64,000 nucleotides of DNA from a virus (taxonomy: Duplodnaviria; Caudoviricetes). The position numbers and the translations under genes were made by a program. Location: positions 1 through 64,000 of the IMG/VR virus record IMGVR_UViG_3300037067_013379. One strand, given 5' to 3'. The notes under the pieces were generated by a model that was not told the DNA's origin, ran no database searches, and saw nothing but the letters and a program-made list of their open reading frames with translations. This document shows, piece by piece, positions 18,274 through 27,275 of the stretch; the stretch's first letter is position 1, and every line of letters begins with the position of its first letter.

Positions 18274-18396
18274 GTTGTTTACCTCCGTCGTTGCTCTTAC
18301 GGTCGCTCGATCGTAGCAGCAGGGCAGGGTGATGGTTCCACTTGATTCCACGGTCGGATAGGACAATAATCCGCCGGCTGCGCCTATGATCACGGC

Positions 18397-18729
18397 ATGA
18401 TGCCGTCTGTTGCTGTGCTGGCGTTGTACGCCCTGGCGGTAACCCGGGTCACCACGTTGATCACTCATGATGAGATCACCCGTGCGGCCCGCGAGCATCT
18501 CATTGCGCGGTTTGACCCGTATCGTCGGGTGCATCGGATGCTGGTGTATCTCCTCGGCGCACCGGACGGTGACGCCATCGGCTGCCCGTGGTGCGTGTCC
18601 ATCTGGGTCGGCGTGTTCACCGCGCCGATCATCTATTGGTGGTGGGCGGCCCCGATCGTCTCGATCATCGTGCTGGCGCTCGCCGTGTCGCAGGTAACCG
18701 GAATGATCTACGCATACGGGCGGCAATGA
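18397..18729 (+). CDS. DUF1360-like membrane protein
   Basis: LAVTRVTTLITHDEI...CPWCVSIW; position just upstream of the portal. Confidence 0.7.
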   Translation: MMPSVAVLALYALAVTRVTTLITHDEITRAAREHLIARFDPYRRVHRMLVYLLGAPDGDAIGCPWCVSIWVGVFTAPIIYWWWAAPIVSIIVLALAVSQVTGMIYAYGRQ

Positions 18730-20750
18730 TGATAGGTATCCGGCGTAGGAAGCGGCAGCTACGGGCGGTCAGCGAGGCGGACCCAGTCCTCCGCGCAGAG
18801 ATCGATGGGCTGTTCTCGCCCCCGGTCCTGTGGCGGTTCCGGGGGGCCGACACCACCACGGCCCGGTTCCGGGAGATCATGACGGCGTCGGCGCGTCGCG
18901 CTATCGGTGACGGGCCGGCCGGTCGGTCGGTGACAGCGGCCGTGTCGCGCCTGTCGATGGACGGCGCGTCGTGGCGCTCGTACCGATTCGGCGATCGGGC
19001 GTGGCAGACGGACGCGTGGCGTTTGTACGACATCACCGGACAGTTGAGGTTCGTTGCGAACTGGGTCGGTAACTCCGTCTCGCGCTGCAACCTGTACGTC
19101 GCCAAGGCCAAACCGGACGGGTCCCCCGGCGAACGCGTCGAAACCGGTCCGGTAGCGGAACTCGCCTCCGGGCCGCTCGGTACCGGAGACGCGAAGGCCG
19201 AGGCACTGCGCCTCCTCGGAATCGACCTATTCGTTCCCGGCGAGGCGTACGTGGTAGCCCAGTCCGGGGGCGGGGAGGACGGCGAAGACCTCTGGTGGGT
19301 CGTCACATCGAGGCAGATCAAACGACAGGGCGACACGATCACGGTCAGCCGTTCCCCGGTGCACGGGGGCGGGACCATGGAGTACCGCGAGGGCATCGAC
19401 CTGATCCTCCGGGTGTGGACACCGCACCCGGCCGACACGTCCGAACCCGACTCGGCGACCCGGTCCGCGATCCCGGACCTCCGCGAGATGGAGGCGCTGC
19501 GGAAACGCGAGTTCGCCGAGTTGGACTCCCGGCTGTCCGGGGCCGGCGTGTTCGCGATCCCCGAATCGTTGGAACTCCCCCGGGGAGACGACGACCCGGC
19601 CGGGGCCGCTGGGTTCTCCGCGCTCCTCGGCCGGGTCATGTCCCGGTCGTTGCGGGACCGGTCGTCAGCCGAGGCCATGGTGCCGATCATCATCACCGGC
19701 CCCGGCGACGATATCGAGAAGATCCGACACATCACACTCTGGTCGGAACTGTCCGAACAGATTGGGACGATGCGGGAAGGCGCCCTCCGGTCCCTCGCCC
19801 AGTCGCTGGACATCCCGCCCGAGGTCCTGATCGGGTTGGGTTCGTCGACGAACCACTGGAACGCCTGGGCGATCAGCCGCGAGGCCGTACAGATCCACAT
19901 CAAACCGGTGTTGACCCGCATCGCAGCGGCCCTCACCACCGGCTACCTCGCACCCGCGCTCGAAGCGATGGGCGAGGACCCGAACGGCTACCTCTACGCG
20001 TTCGACACCTCGCCATTGACCACGAACCCCGACCGTTCCGGGGACGCCAAGGACCTCCACGACCGTATGCTGTTGTCAGACGCCGTAACCCGGGCCGCGT
20101 CGTCGTGGTCCGACGGGGACGCCCCCTCCCCAACCGAGCGCTCCGTGCGACTCGTCGAGAAACTCCTCCTCACGTCCCCCGACGCGGTCCTGTCCGACCC
20201 GACCCTCCGGGCGCTGATCGGACTACCCGAGGCCCAAACGGTCGCGGCACCGGCCCCCACAACCCCCACGGGCACGGAGGAGACACCGCCCCCCGTCGAG
20301 GAGGAGGAAACCCTCCCCGAAGAAACCGAGGTCGAGGAGGAGGAGGGCGGAGAGGGCCAGGGGCCGCCACCGGCCGGACCACCCACGGCACCACCTGGAT
20401 TGTCGTTCGCGGCACAGTTGGCGATCCGACGGGCGCTCGGCCTCGCCGGAACCCGCCTCGTCCCGCACTCGAAACGGCCGACCGGGGTACCCGCCTACCA
20501 GTTGCACGTTCATCACGGGCCGGTGGTCGGATCACAGAAGATCGCGACGTTCCTCGCCGGATCCTGGCGGGACGAGTTCGCGGGGGTCGGATCGGCGTTC
20601 GGGGTAGACGACCGGTTGTTCGTCGCGCTGGTCGAGGAGCACTGCCGTGACCTGTTGGTCCGTGGAATCGCCTATGACCCCGTCGACGTCGATACCCTGT
20701 TCGCGGCCCCGGCGACCATCAACCGGCTACGGGTGATCTCCTGTGGATGA
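18726..20750 (+). CDS. Portal protein
   Basis: WQTDAWRLYDITGQLRFVANWVGNSVSRC resembles cluster-B-type portals; located after terL. Confidence 0.8.
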   Translation: MMIGIRRRKRQLRAVSEADPVLRAEIDGLFSPPVLWRFRGADTTTARFREIMTASARRAIGDGPAGRSVTAAVSRLSMDGASWRSYRFGDRAWQTDAWRLYDITGQLRFVANWVGNSVSRCNLYVAKAKPDGSPGERVETGPVAELASGPLGTGDAKAEALRLLGIDLFVPGEAYVVAQSGGGEDGEDLWWVVTSRQIKRQGDTITVSRSPVHGGGTMEYREGIDLILRVWTPHPADTSEPDSATRSAIPDLREMEALRKREFAELDSRLSGAGVFAIPESLELPRGDDDPAGAAGFSALLGRVMSRSLRDRSSAEAMVPIIITGPGDDIEKIRHITLWSELSEQIGTMREGALRSLAQSLDIPPEVLIGLGSSTNHWNAWAISREAVQIHIKPVLTRIAAALTTGYLAPALEAMGEDPNGYLYAFDTSPLTTNPDRSGDAKDLHDRMLLSDAVTRAASSWSDGDAPSPTERSVRLVEKLLLTSPDAVLSDPTLRALIGLPEAQTVAAPAPTTPTGTEETPPPVEEEETLPEETEVEEEEGGEGQGPPPAGPPTAPPGLSFAAQLAIRRALGLAGTRLVPHSKRPTGVPAYQLHVHHGPVVGSQKIATFLAGSWRDEFAGVGSAFGVDDRLFVALVEEHCRDLLVRGIAYDPVDVDTLFAAPATINRLRVISCG

Positions 20751-22686
20751 CATGTGGTCGTTGGAGTACGCCCGGACCGTGCCGGGTGCGATGGTCAACG
20801 CGGTTGGGGACGTGTTCTACCCGGACGGCCCCGAGGACGCGGCGTGGTTCGCGGTAGAGCACGAAGCGTGGGTGATCACCGGCGCTGACACGGGGCCGGT
20901 GTGGGACGGCGAGGGAACCGACCCGTGGCTGGTTCCCCGGATGGAGGCAGCGGCGGAGGCCGCCGTGGCGGAGGCCGCGATCCGTGAGGCCCTGTGGGTC
21001 GAGTTGTCTGGGTGGCTGGTGACGGTGTCCCGCGCGGTCCTCCACACGGCGCTCCCCGACCCGTTGGCCGTGTTCTCGAAGTCCCCAGCGTGGGCTGCCG
21101 CCGTGGACCGGGTCGTTCGGGGTCCGGTCCGGGACGCGGTCGGTGCGGCCTACCAGACACTGCTGGGACCCGGGTTCCGATTCGATTCGCGTCCGGCCGT
21201 GGTCGAGCACCTGGCGACGGTGTCCAACCGGATGGTTCGCACCGTGGACTCGACGTTTGATCTCGTCGCCCGGCAGGTGTCGATCGGGGCGAACCTCGGC
21301 GAAAGCGCGGCGGAGATCGCGGACCGGGTCGACGGGGTGTTGTCGACCACCCGCACGGAGCGCTGGCCGAACCGGGCGACCGTGGTCGCGCGGACGGAGA
21401 CGATGGGGGCGTTGAACGCCGGCCGGCAGGATGCGTTCGCGGCCGTGGCGGAGGAGTTGGCGAAGCCGTTCGAGCAGATGTGGGTGGCGACGATGGACAA
21501 GCGGGTTCGCCACACCCACCGGCGCGCGGACGGGCAGCGGGTACCGACGGGGCAGCCGTTCATCGTTGGTGGCGCGTCGCTGCGGTTCCCCGGCGACCCC
21601 ATGGGACCGGGCAAAGAGGTCATACAGTGTCTACCGGGAACTACCATGGTCGACTATCGGGCTATACGTTCCGTTATGAGACGTTGGTACGACGGTGATG
21701 TTGTCACGATCCGGTTTGCCAGTGGCGACGATCTCACCATTACACCGAATCACCCGGTATTGCGGGCCGATGGGAGATGGGTTTCCGCTGGTCTCCTCAA
21801 CGAAGGAGATCACTGCGTTCGCTGTGGTTTCCGTCGGGACGATTCCGGAGCACCAGACGAAGATGGTGGACCATCCGAGATCGGCGAGGTCTACCGTTCG
21901 GCGTGCGAGTACCAGACGGCGAATCGGATAGCCCTCTCCCCACCAGACCTCCACGGCGACGCGCCCAATGGCGAGGTCGATGTTGTAGCCGTACACGGCG
22001 GTTTGCGTTTCGACGGTGATCCCGCACGCGAGGAGGAGATCGACAAGTTCGGCCTCACCCTTGCCGACTTTGCGTGTTCGTGTCGTGGCGGTACTGATGG
22101 TGGGTTGTTCACGGTCAGGATTCCTCTTAGCGAATCTGACGCCGGACTTGCGTCGTTCGGCGTTCGCCGGTGCCGTGAGGAGACGGCGGGCCTCGACGTC
22201 GGTTCGTCCCATTCTGATTCTGTTGGCCTCACTTCTGGTACGGATGGTGATTCCAGCGGCCTTGAGACGACGGATGATGGTCGGTCGACTAACACCGGTT
22301 GCTGCCGCGATCGCGAGGACGCTGTCGCCGTTGTTGTATCGGGCGATCACGTCGGCCGTGTCGATGTTGACGCCCGTGGCGAGTCGTCCGGCTTCGGACG
22401 CGGTTCGGATTCTGGTACCTACGGCCCGGAGGTTCTTGGTGATGGTGTCCGGGGTGTATCCGAGTTCGGTTGCGAGTTCGACGGTGCTGGCACCGTTTTC
22501 GTAACGACGTCGGAGATCGTTTCGATCGATCGGCACGCGTTCGCGGGTCATGTGTTCAACCTCGACACTGGAGTTGGGTGGTACACCGCCAATTGTATAC
22601 CAGTAAGAAATTGCCGGTGCACCACGATCCTTTTGGAACCGGGGGAGAATGTTGATCTCACGCATCGTCAGTTCAAGAATCACTAG
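20743..22686 (+). CDS. MuF-like minor head protein containing an intein
   Basis: ARTET, WVATMDKRVRHTH, DGQ and FPGDP motifs; EVIQ|CRC is restored on removing 21628-22611. Confidence 0.88.
   Translation: MDDMWSLEYARTVPGAMVNAVGDVFYPDGPEDAAWFAVEHEAWVITGADTGPVWDGEGTDPWLVPRMEAAAEAAVAEAAIREALWVELSGWLVTVSRAVLHTALPDPLAVFSKSPAWAAAVDRVVRGPVRDAVGAAYQTLLGPGFRFDSRPAVVEHLATVSNRMVRTVDSTFDLVARQVSIGANLGESAAEIADRVDGVLSTTRTERWPNRATVVARTETMGALNAGRQDAFAAVAEELAKPFEQMWVATMDKRVRHTHRRADGQRVPTGQPFIVGGASLRFPGDPMGPGKEVIQCLPGTTMVDYRAIRSVMRRWYDGDVVTIRFASGDDLTITPNHPVLRADGRWVSAGLLNEGDHCVRCGFRRDDSGAPDEDGGPSEIGEVYRSACEYQTANRIALSPPDLHGDAPNGEVDVVAVHGGLRFDGDPAREEEIDKFGLTLADFACSCRGGTDGGLFTVRIPLSESDAGLASFGVRRCREETAGLDVGSSHSDSVGLTSGTDGDSSGLETTDDGRSTNTGCCRDREDAVAVVVSGDHVGRVDVDARGESSGFGRGSDSGTYGPEVLGDGVRGVSEFGCEFDGAGTVFVTTSEIVSIDRHAFAGHVFNLDTGVGWYTANCIPVRNCRCTTILLEPGENVDLTHRQFKNH
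21628..22611 (+). mobile_element. Intein (328 aa) inserted at the MuF EVIQ/CRC site
   Basis: Block A CLPGTTMV; block B TITPNHPV; block F VFNLDT; block G PVRN followed by +1 Cys (penultimate Arg instead of His). Confidence 0.9.
21631..22551 (-). CDS. Antisense, intein-nested putative homing endonuclease (tandem HTH + Vsr/DUF559-like PD-(D/E)xK domain)
   Basis: Two HTH repeats (YENGASTVELATELGYTPDTI; YNNGDSVLAIAAATGVSRPTI); E.ELVDLL...Q...YNIDLAI...AVEV nuclease pattern; GAGGT RBS; lies wholly within the intein. Confidence 0.78.
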   Translation of the reverse strand: MTRERVPIDRNDLRRRYENGASTVELATELGYTPDTITKNLRAVGTRIRTASEAGRLATGVNIDTADVIARYNNGDSVLAIAAATGVSRPTIIRRLKAAGITIRTRSEANRIRMGRTDVEARRLLTAPANAERRKSGVRFAKRNPDREQPTISTATTRTRKVGKGEAELVDLLLACGITVETQTAVYGYNIDLAIGRVAVEVWWGEGYPIRRLVLARRTVDLADLGWSTIFVWCSGIVPTETTANAVISFVEETSGNPSPIGPQYRVIRCNGEIVATGKPDRDNITVVPTSHNGTYSPIVDHGSSR

Positions 22687-22701
22687 CGTTAGGGGCTAGG
22701 T

Positions 22702-24600
22702 ATGGGTACCGGATGGCGGGGCATGCTCGCCCCCCTCGACGTGTCCACCGGGGACGGCCGGCGTTTCCTGTCGTCCGGGGTGTCGTCACGGCAGTTGCCG
22801 TTGCCGTTGAAGTGGCAACGGGCGGACACCGAGGGTCATGACAACTCGGTGATCGTCGGATCGTTGGAACGGATCGAGTACGGGACGGTCGCGGAGGCGA
22901 TCGACGCGGGATGGATCGACGCGAAATGTGTCAAACCATCCAAGTTCTCGAAGGACCTGCGCGCAGCGTGGGGATTCGGACAGATGTTCGACGACATCAA
23001 CCCCAACGACATGCCTCGCCTCCACGAGGACGTCATGGAGTCGAAACACCTCCTCGGCCAACAGGTCATCGGACCGTCGGTCGACGCGGGATCCTGCGAG
23101 GCCGTGATCGCCCTCAAGGGATCCGACGAGGCCCTCACCGAGGAGCAGTTCGACGAACTGTTCTGGGGCGAGGGATCGGAAGACGTCGAACTCGAACTCC
23201 TGTTCACCGAGTACCAGATCGCGGCAGCGACGTTGGTTCCCATCCCGGCGTTCGCCGAGTGCCGGCCGTTCCAGTTGCTCGCCGAGGAGACGATCACAGC
23301 CGCTGTCCGGAAGACCGGCTGGTCCGACATGCCCCTCGCCGAACGTGACATGGCTTGGGACGGCACGGCCGCCGAGAAGCGGATCGCCGATAACGCCGGC
23401 ATCGGGGGCGACAACCCCGACTGGGGCCGGTACGCGCAGGCGTTCCTCTACCAGAACGACGACGCGAACCCCGAGACCAAGGGGGCGTACGGTTTCCAGA
23501 TCGCGGACATGGTCGACGGAACCCAGCGAATCATCCCCCGGGCCGTGTTCGCCGTTGCCGGCGTTCTCCAGGGCGCCCGTGGTGGAACCACGATCCCCCA
23601 GGCAGACCAGGACGCCATGAAGGGTGTGGTCGAGGGGTTGTACAACCGGATGGCGGACGAGTTCCAGGACGACACGATCGTTGTTCCGTGGGCGGAGGAG
23701 ACCGCGTCACTCATCGCGGCCGTCACAGCCGCTGCCGGCGTGGCGCTCGGCTACGACCCGGCCCTGTTCGACAACCCGAACCTCAACACCATCACCCCGA
23801 TCACGGTCACCGACGACGGCCGGGTGTTCGGACACGTAGCGACCCACGACGTGTGCCACGTTGGCATGCCCGGGATGTGCACCACGGCCCCCGTCGACGA
23901 CGACGGGTACGCGATGTTCCACCGGTACCGGCCGGAGGGTTTCCCCGTCCCGGTCGGCCGGATCACCACCGGGGGCGGGAAGTTCGGCTGCACCTGCCGG
24001 CAGTGCGCGGGAAGGAACGACGACCACGCGTGCCTCAAACTGTCGCTCGGTGGGGCGATCGCACACCACGACCGGCTGTCGACCGTCGCCTGGGTGCGTG
24101 CCGGGGAGGACACCCGGTTGAACGCCGTGTGGGTCTCCGGGGTCGCGAATCCGGCCGCGTCGGTCGAGGACCTCGCCGCGTTGTCCCGGCAGAAGGTGTC
24201 GGGTGACTGGCGACCAACCGGGGGGAAACCGGAACTCGTCGAGATCCTCGCCCTCGCCCGTGAGGAGCCGGGTTTCCCACTGCCACGGTTCCGGGTCGCG
24301 GCCGGGCAGGTTGCCGCGCTGACCGCCGCTGGTGTGGTACTACCGTCGGGGGGCGAGACGCCCGATGGGATGACCATCGATTACGAGCGGTTGGCGGACC
24401 TTCTCGCCGGGCGTCTCGCGTCCCATCTTCGCCCGGTGGTTCCCCCGGCCGGTGGAGACGAGACCGCCGTGACGGCCGCTGACACCACACCACCCACCGT
24501 TGATGATGATGTTGTACCCGGCCTGCTCGGGGAGGTTGACGACGCGGTGAACGCCGGGGTCGCGATTCGTCTCCGGGCCGAACTCGACGAGGTGTTCTGA
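22702..24600 (+). CDS. Capsid maturation (prohead) protease / head protein
   Basis: WRG.LAP..VSTGDGRRF, LPLPL, H...VIVG, GPSVD and ATLVPIPAF motifs; position after MuF. Confidence 0.75.
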   Translation: MGTGWRGMLAPLDVSTGDGRRFLSSGVSSRQLPLPLKWQRADTEGHDNSVIVGSLERIEYGTVAEAIDAGWIDAKCVKPSKFSKDLRAAWGFGQMFDDINPNDMPRLHEDVMESKHLLGQQVIGPSVDAGSCEAVIALKGSDEALTEEQFDELFWGEGSEDVELELLFTEYQIAAATLVPIPAFAECRPFQLLAEETITAAVRKTGWSDMPLAERDMAWDGTAAEKRIADNAGIGGDNPDWGRYAQAFLYQNDDANPETKGAYGFQIADMVDGTQRIIPRAVFAVAGVLQGARGGTTIPQADQDAMKGVVEGLYNRMADEFQDDTIVVPWAEETASLIAAVTAAAGVALGYDPALFDNPNLNTITPITVTDDGRVFGHVATHDVCHVGMPGMCTTAPVDDDGYAMFHRYRPEGFPVPVGRITTGGGKFGCTCRQCAGRNDDHACLKLSLGGAIAHHDRLSTVAWVRAGEDTRLNAVWVSGVANPAASVEDLAALSRQKVSGDWRPTGGKPELVEILALAREEPGFPLPRFRVAAGQVAALTAAGVVLPSGGETPDGMTIDYERLADLLAGRLASHLRPVVPPAGGDETAVTAADTTPPTVDDDVVPGLLGEVDDAVNAGVAIRLRAELDEVF

Positions 24601-24602
24601 TC

Positions 24603-24767
24603 ATGTGTTGTGGTAACAAGGTGGTCGCGAACCAGCAGGCCAAGGCCGAGTCGGCTACGACGTGGAAGGTCGTTGACGCGTCCGGGAACGTCGTGTCGAC
24701 GAAGACCTCCGAGATCGCGGCGAAACTCGCCGCCGCTCGGATCGGTGGAACGGTCACGCAGGGATAG
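24603..24767 (+). CDS. 54-aa MCCG-type small head-associated protein
   Basis: MCCGNKVV...AAKLAAARIGGTV; follows the protease; below ORF-track cutoff. Confidence 0.6.
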   Translation: MCCGNKVVANQQAKAESATTWKVVDASGNVVSTKTSEIAAKLAAARIGGTVTQG

Positions 24768-24781
24768 CGTGCGTACGCGAA

Positions 24782-24818
24782 GACGGGGCCGCATCCAGAT
24801 TCCGGGTGCGGCCCCGTC
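24782..24818. terminator. Bidirectional terminator-like hairpin
   Basis: GACGGGGCCGCA...TGCGGCCCCGTC. Confidence 0.65.
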
Positions 24819-24827
24819 GACGTTGGC

Positions 24828-25685
24828 CTATCGCGTAGGCCACGCTACGACGTCCGTGACCGGCCCGGCGATCACATTCAGGTCAACGGTCACGTGGTCC
24901 GGGTACGAGTACGCGGCAGCGTTCAACTCGTCGGCCGTCATGGCAAGGAGCCGATTGGCCTGCGTCGACGGATCACCCGGTAGTCGCAGCCCGTCACGGT
25001 GGTAGCCAATGAACCCGGAATGGTAGGCGCGTGGTGTCCACGGGTAGACAACGCCCGTTCCGCTGGCCTCGACGAGCCGATCGAGTAGCCCATCTTGTTC
25101 CGCGTTCGCCTTCGGTAGTTGACTATAGGGAAACGCGACCCGGCAATATCCGATCGGGTTTCTGAAATAGCCTGGTACCAGGTGTTTCCGAATCGCCTCC
25201 AGCCGGTCTGGCCGGAATGACACACCAAGCGATTGGTACCTGGGCGCCAATGACACACGTCCCGGATGTGGTTCGGGGCTCGGGCCGCATTGTAGAAACA
25301 TTTGTGCCTGGCACGCCGATACCGCGAACGCGTCGGGGACTAGCGCGTGCGCCTGGTCGTGGAATTCGAAGTACCCATTGGCGATGAATACGTCTTCCTC
25401 CACCAGGTGGATCAAGTCCGGTGTGGGGTGATGGTCCATCGCGTGTTTGTACATGCACAACAGGTTGTGTGAATTCCCGGCGTACGGGTGGCTATCGACG
25501 AGGATCTCGTACCGTCCTGGCCACTTCGAAGACCACCGTTGAGCGACGGTCATGGAATCCTGGTCGTATCCGCGATCGAGGGCGACCCACACCAACAGGT
25601 CGGGCCGGTCGCATGCGAACAACCGACGGAGGCACGCCTCCAGGAACCCAGCCCGCTGCCATCCGGGAACGATCACGATCTGCAT
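24828..25685 (-). CDS. GT-A fold glycosyltransferase
   Basis: IVIVP..R..FL..CL N-terminus; LVEEDV (DXD-like) motif. Confidence 0.7.
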   Translation of the reverse strand: MQIVIVPGWQRAGFLEACLRRLFACDRPDLLVWVALDRGYDQDSMTVAQRWSSKWPGRYEILVDSHPYAGNSHNLLCMYKHAMDHHPTPDLIHLVEEDVFIANGYFEFHDQAHALVPDAFAVSACQAQMFLQCGPSPEPHPGRVSLAPRYQSLGVSFRPDRLEAIRKHLVPGYFRNPIGYCRVAFPYSQLPKANAEQDGLLDRLVEASGTGVVYPWTPRAYHSGFIGYHRDGLRLPGDPSTQANRLLAMTADELNAAAYSYPDHVTVDLNVIAGPVTDVVAWPTR

Positions 25686-26227
25686 CAAACGGCCCCGAAG
25701 CGAGCGATGAGGACCCCGGTCATGTACCCCCCGGCCTCGCGTTGCGTCATCTCGTACAACACGCCCTCACGGTCGAGCCACGGGACCAACTTGTGTCCCT
25801 TGACCACCAGCGCCGATTCGAGGTCGACGTCATCGACGATGAGGATCCCCGGCCGTCCGAGCATCGTCGACGCGATCAGCCACTCGTCGAGGATCAACTG
25901 CGCGTCGTTGTCGGAGTCCAACAACACGACGTCGAAACGCCGGCCCTCGGCCGCGAGGCGCGTCAACACCTGGATCGAGTGGCCCTGGACGAGTTCCACG
26001 TGCTGACGGAGGCCGCGTTCCGCCAGGACCCGTTCGGCGGTTGTCACGTCCAGGTCGATGGACGTGACCGTTCCGCCGTGGTCGCGGACGTGTTCGGCGA
26101 GCGCTATCGTCGACCAGCCATCACCGGTCCGGTACTCGTCGCCTTGCCCCCGGATCGTTCCGGTCTCGACGATGGTCACCTCGCCCAGTGTGGCGAGTTC
26201 ATTCCGAATGATCCCCTGGAAGTCCAT
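25685..26227 (-). CDS. Class I SAM methyltransferase (Methyltransf_24-like, probable O-methyltransferase)
   Basis: IVETGT, SIDLD, GHS, FDVVLLD and ILIVDD motifs. Confidence 0.8.
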   Translation of the reverse strand: MDFQGIIRNELATLGEVTIVETGTIRGQGDEYRTGDGWSTIALAEHVRDHGGTVTSIDLDVTTAERVLAERGLRQHVELVQGHSIQVLTRLAAEGRRFDVVLLDSDNDAQLILDEWLIASTMLGRPGILIVDDVDLESALVVKGHKLVPWLDREGVLYEMTQREAGGYMTGVLIARFGAV

Positions 26228-26232
26228 GCCTC

Positions 26233-27141
26233 TCACAATTCCGCTAGTAGTTGCAACGCCCTGGTCTTGAACGCGTCATTGCGCGCGTGGAACCGTGCGC
26301 ACGCGCCAGCACCCATGTTCGCCCGTTGTTCCGGTGTCATGTTGGCGACGGTACGGACGGCCCCGGCGATTCCACGCGCGTCGACGCGCCATGTCGTTGC
26401 GAGCCCATGTCTGCTCTTCGCCACCGGTGGTACGAGCATTCCGACGTCCGGGGTGATGTGCTCTGACATCGGTGACGCCTTGGTGGTGACGACAACGCCA
26501 CCGACGGACATGCCCTCGGCGATGTAGTGTCCCCATCCCTCCGTCTCCGATGGGCACACGTGGATCTGTGCGCGGTTCAGTTCGCGCGCTAGTTGGTCTT
26601 CGTCGAGCCGGCTGAGGAGCCGCACACCGGCGGGTACGTCTAGGTGATCATTGGAGATGACCGTCAACGGGGGAAGGTCCGGGCTGGTCGCCCATGCCTC
26701 TAACACGGCGCTGGTGCCCTTGAGTGTCGACTTGCCGCGTAGGTGCACTGCGGCGAGTTCCCTCGGAACGTCGGGGTCGCACATGTCCCGGGACATGAAC
26801 CCGGTGTAGACGCTTTTCCGTAGCCCGAGTTGGTGTGTGAATATGGTTTGGGCTTCTTCCGATTTGGTCCACAGTTGGGTGCAGGCGTGTAGCCCAATTG
26901 TCCATTGGCGTTGAAACCATTCGATGTTGAATATGCCAACAGTTTTGTTCGCGTAATACATCAGCCGTGGATTCCACAATTCGAGGAAGATCGCTATGTC
27001 GTGACGCGGCATTGACGGCTGTCGCCAGTCAACCCACGACACGTCATACCCCGCCTCGGTGAGGATCCCATCGAGAAGCCGCATGTCACAGGTCAATCCA
27101 ACGCCGTTGTCGCGGCTCACCAGCGCCACACTCTTACCCAT
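26233..27141 (-). CDS. GT-B fold (family 4/1-like) glycosyltransferase
   Basis: KGT..V; CPSETEGWGHYIAEGM (E-x7-E); VVTT...PMSE. Confidence 0.82.
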   Translation of the reverse strand: MGKSVALVSRDNGVGLTCDMRLLDGILTEAGYDVSWVDWRQPSMPRHDIAIFLELWNPRLMYYANKTVGIFNIEWFQRQWTIGLHACTQLWTKSEEAQTIFTHQLGLRKSVYTGFMSRDMCDPDVPRELAAVHLRGKSTLKGTSAVLEAWATSPDLPPLTVISNDHLDVPAGVRLLSRLDEDQLARELNRAQIHVCPSETEGWGHYIAEGMSVGGVVVTTKASPMSEHITPDVGMLVPPVAKSRHGLATTWRVDARGIAGAVRTVANMTPEQRANMGAGACARFHARNDAFKTRALQLLAEL

Positions 27142-27275
27142 CAACGCAGGGTACCTCCCTCGCGGCTCGGTAGATCAACACCTGGGTGAGACCCTATGCC
27201 CGGTAACCGCCACGTGCCATGATCTACACATGTGGCAGGTTGCGATCCCAATCGTTCCGGCTAGAGGGTGAGATC

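Noticed and set aside
21628-22611. Group I intron or split intein as the explanation for the MuF insertion
   Set aside because: The sense frame is open throughout, and the ends are canonical Cys...Asn|Cys intein junctions with no internal stop or restart
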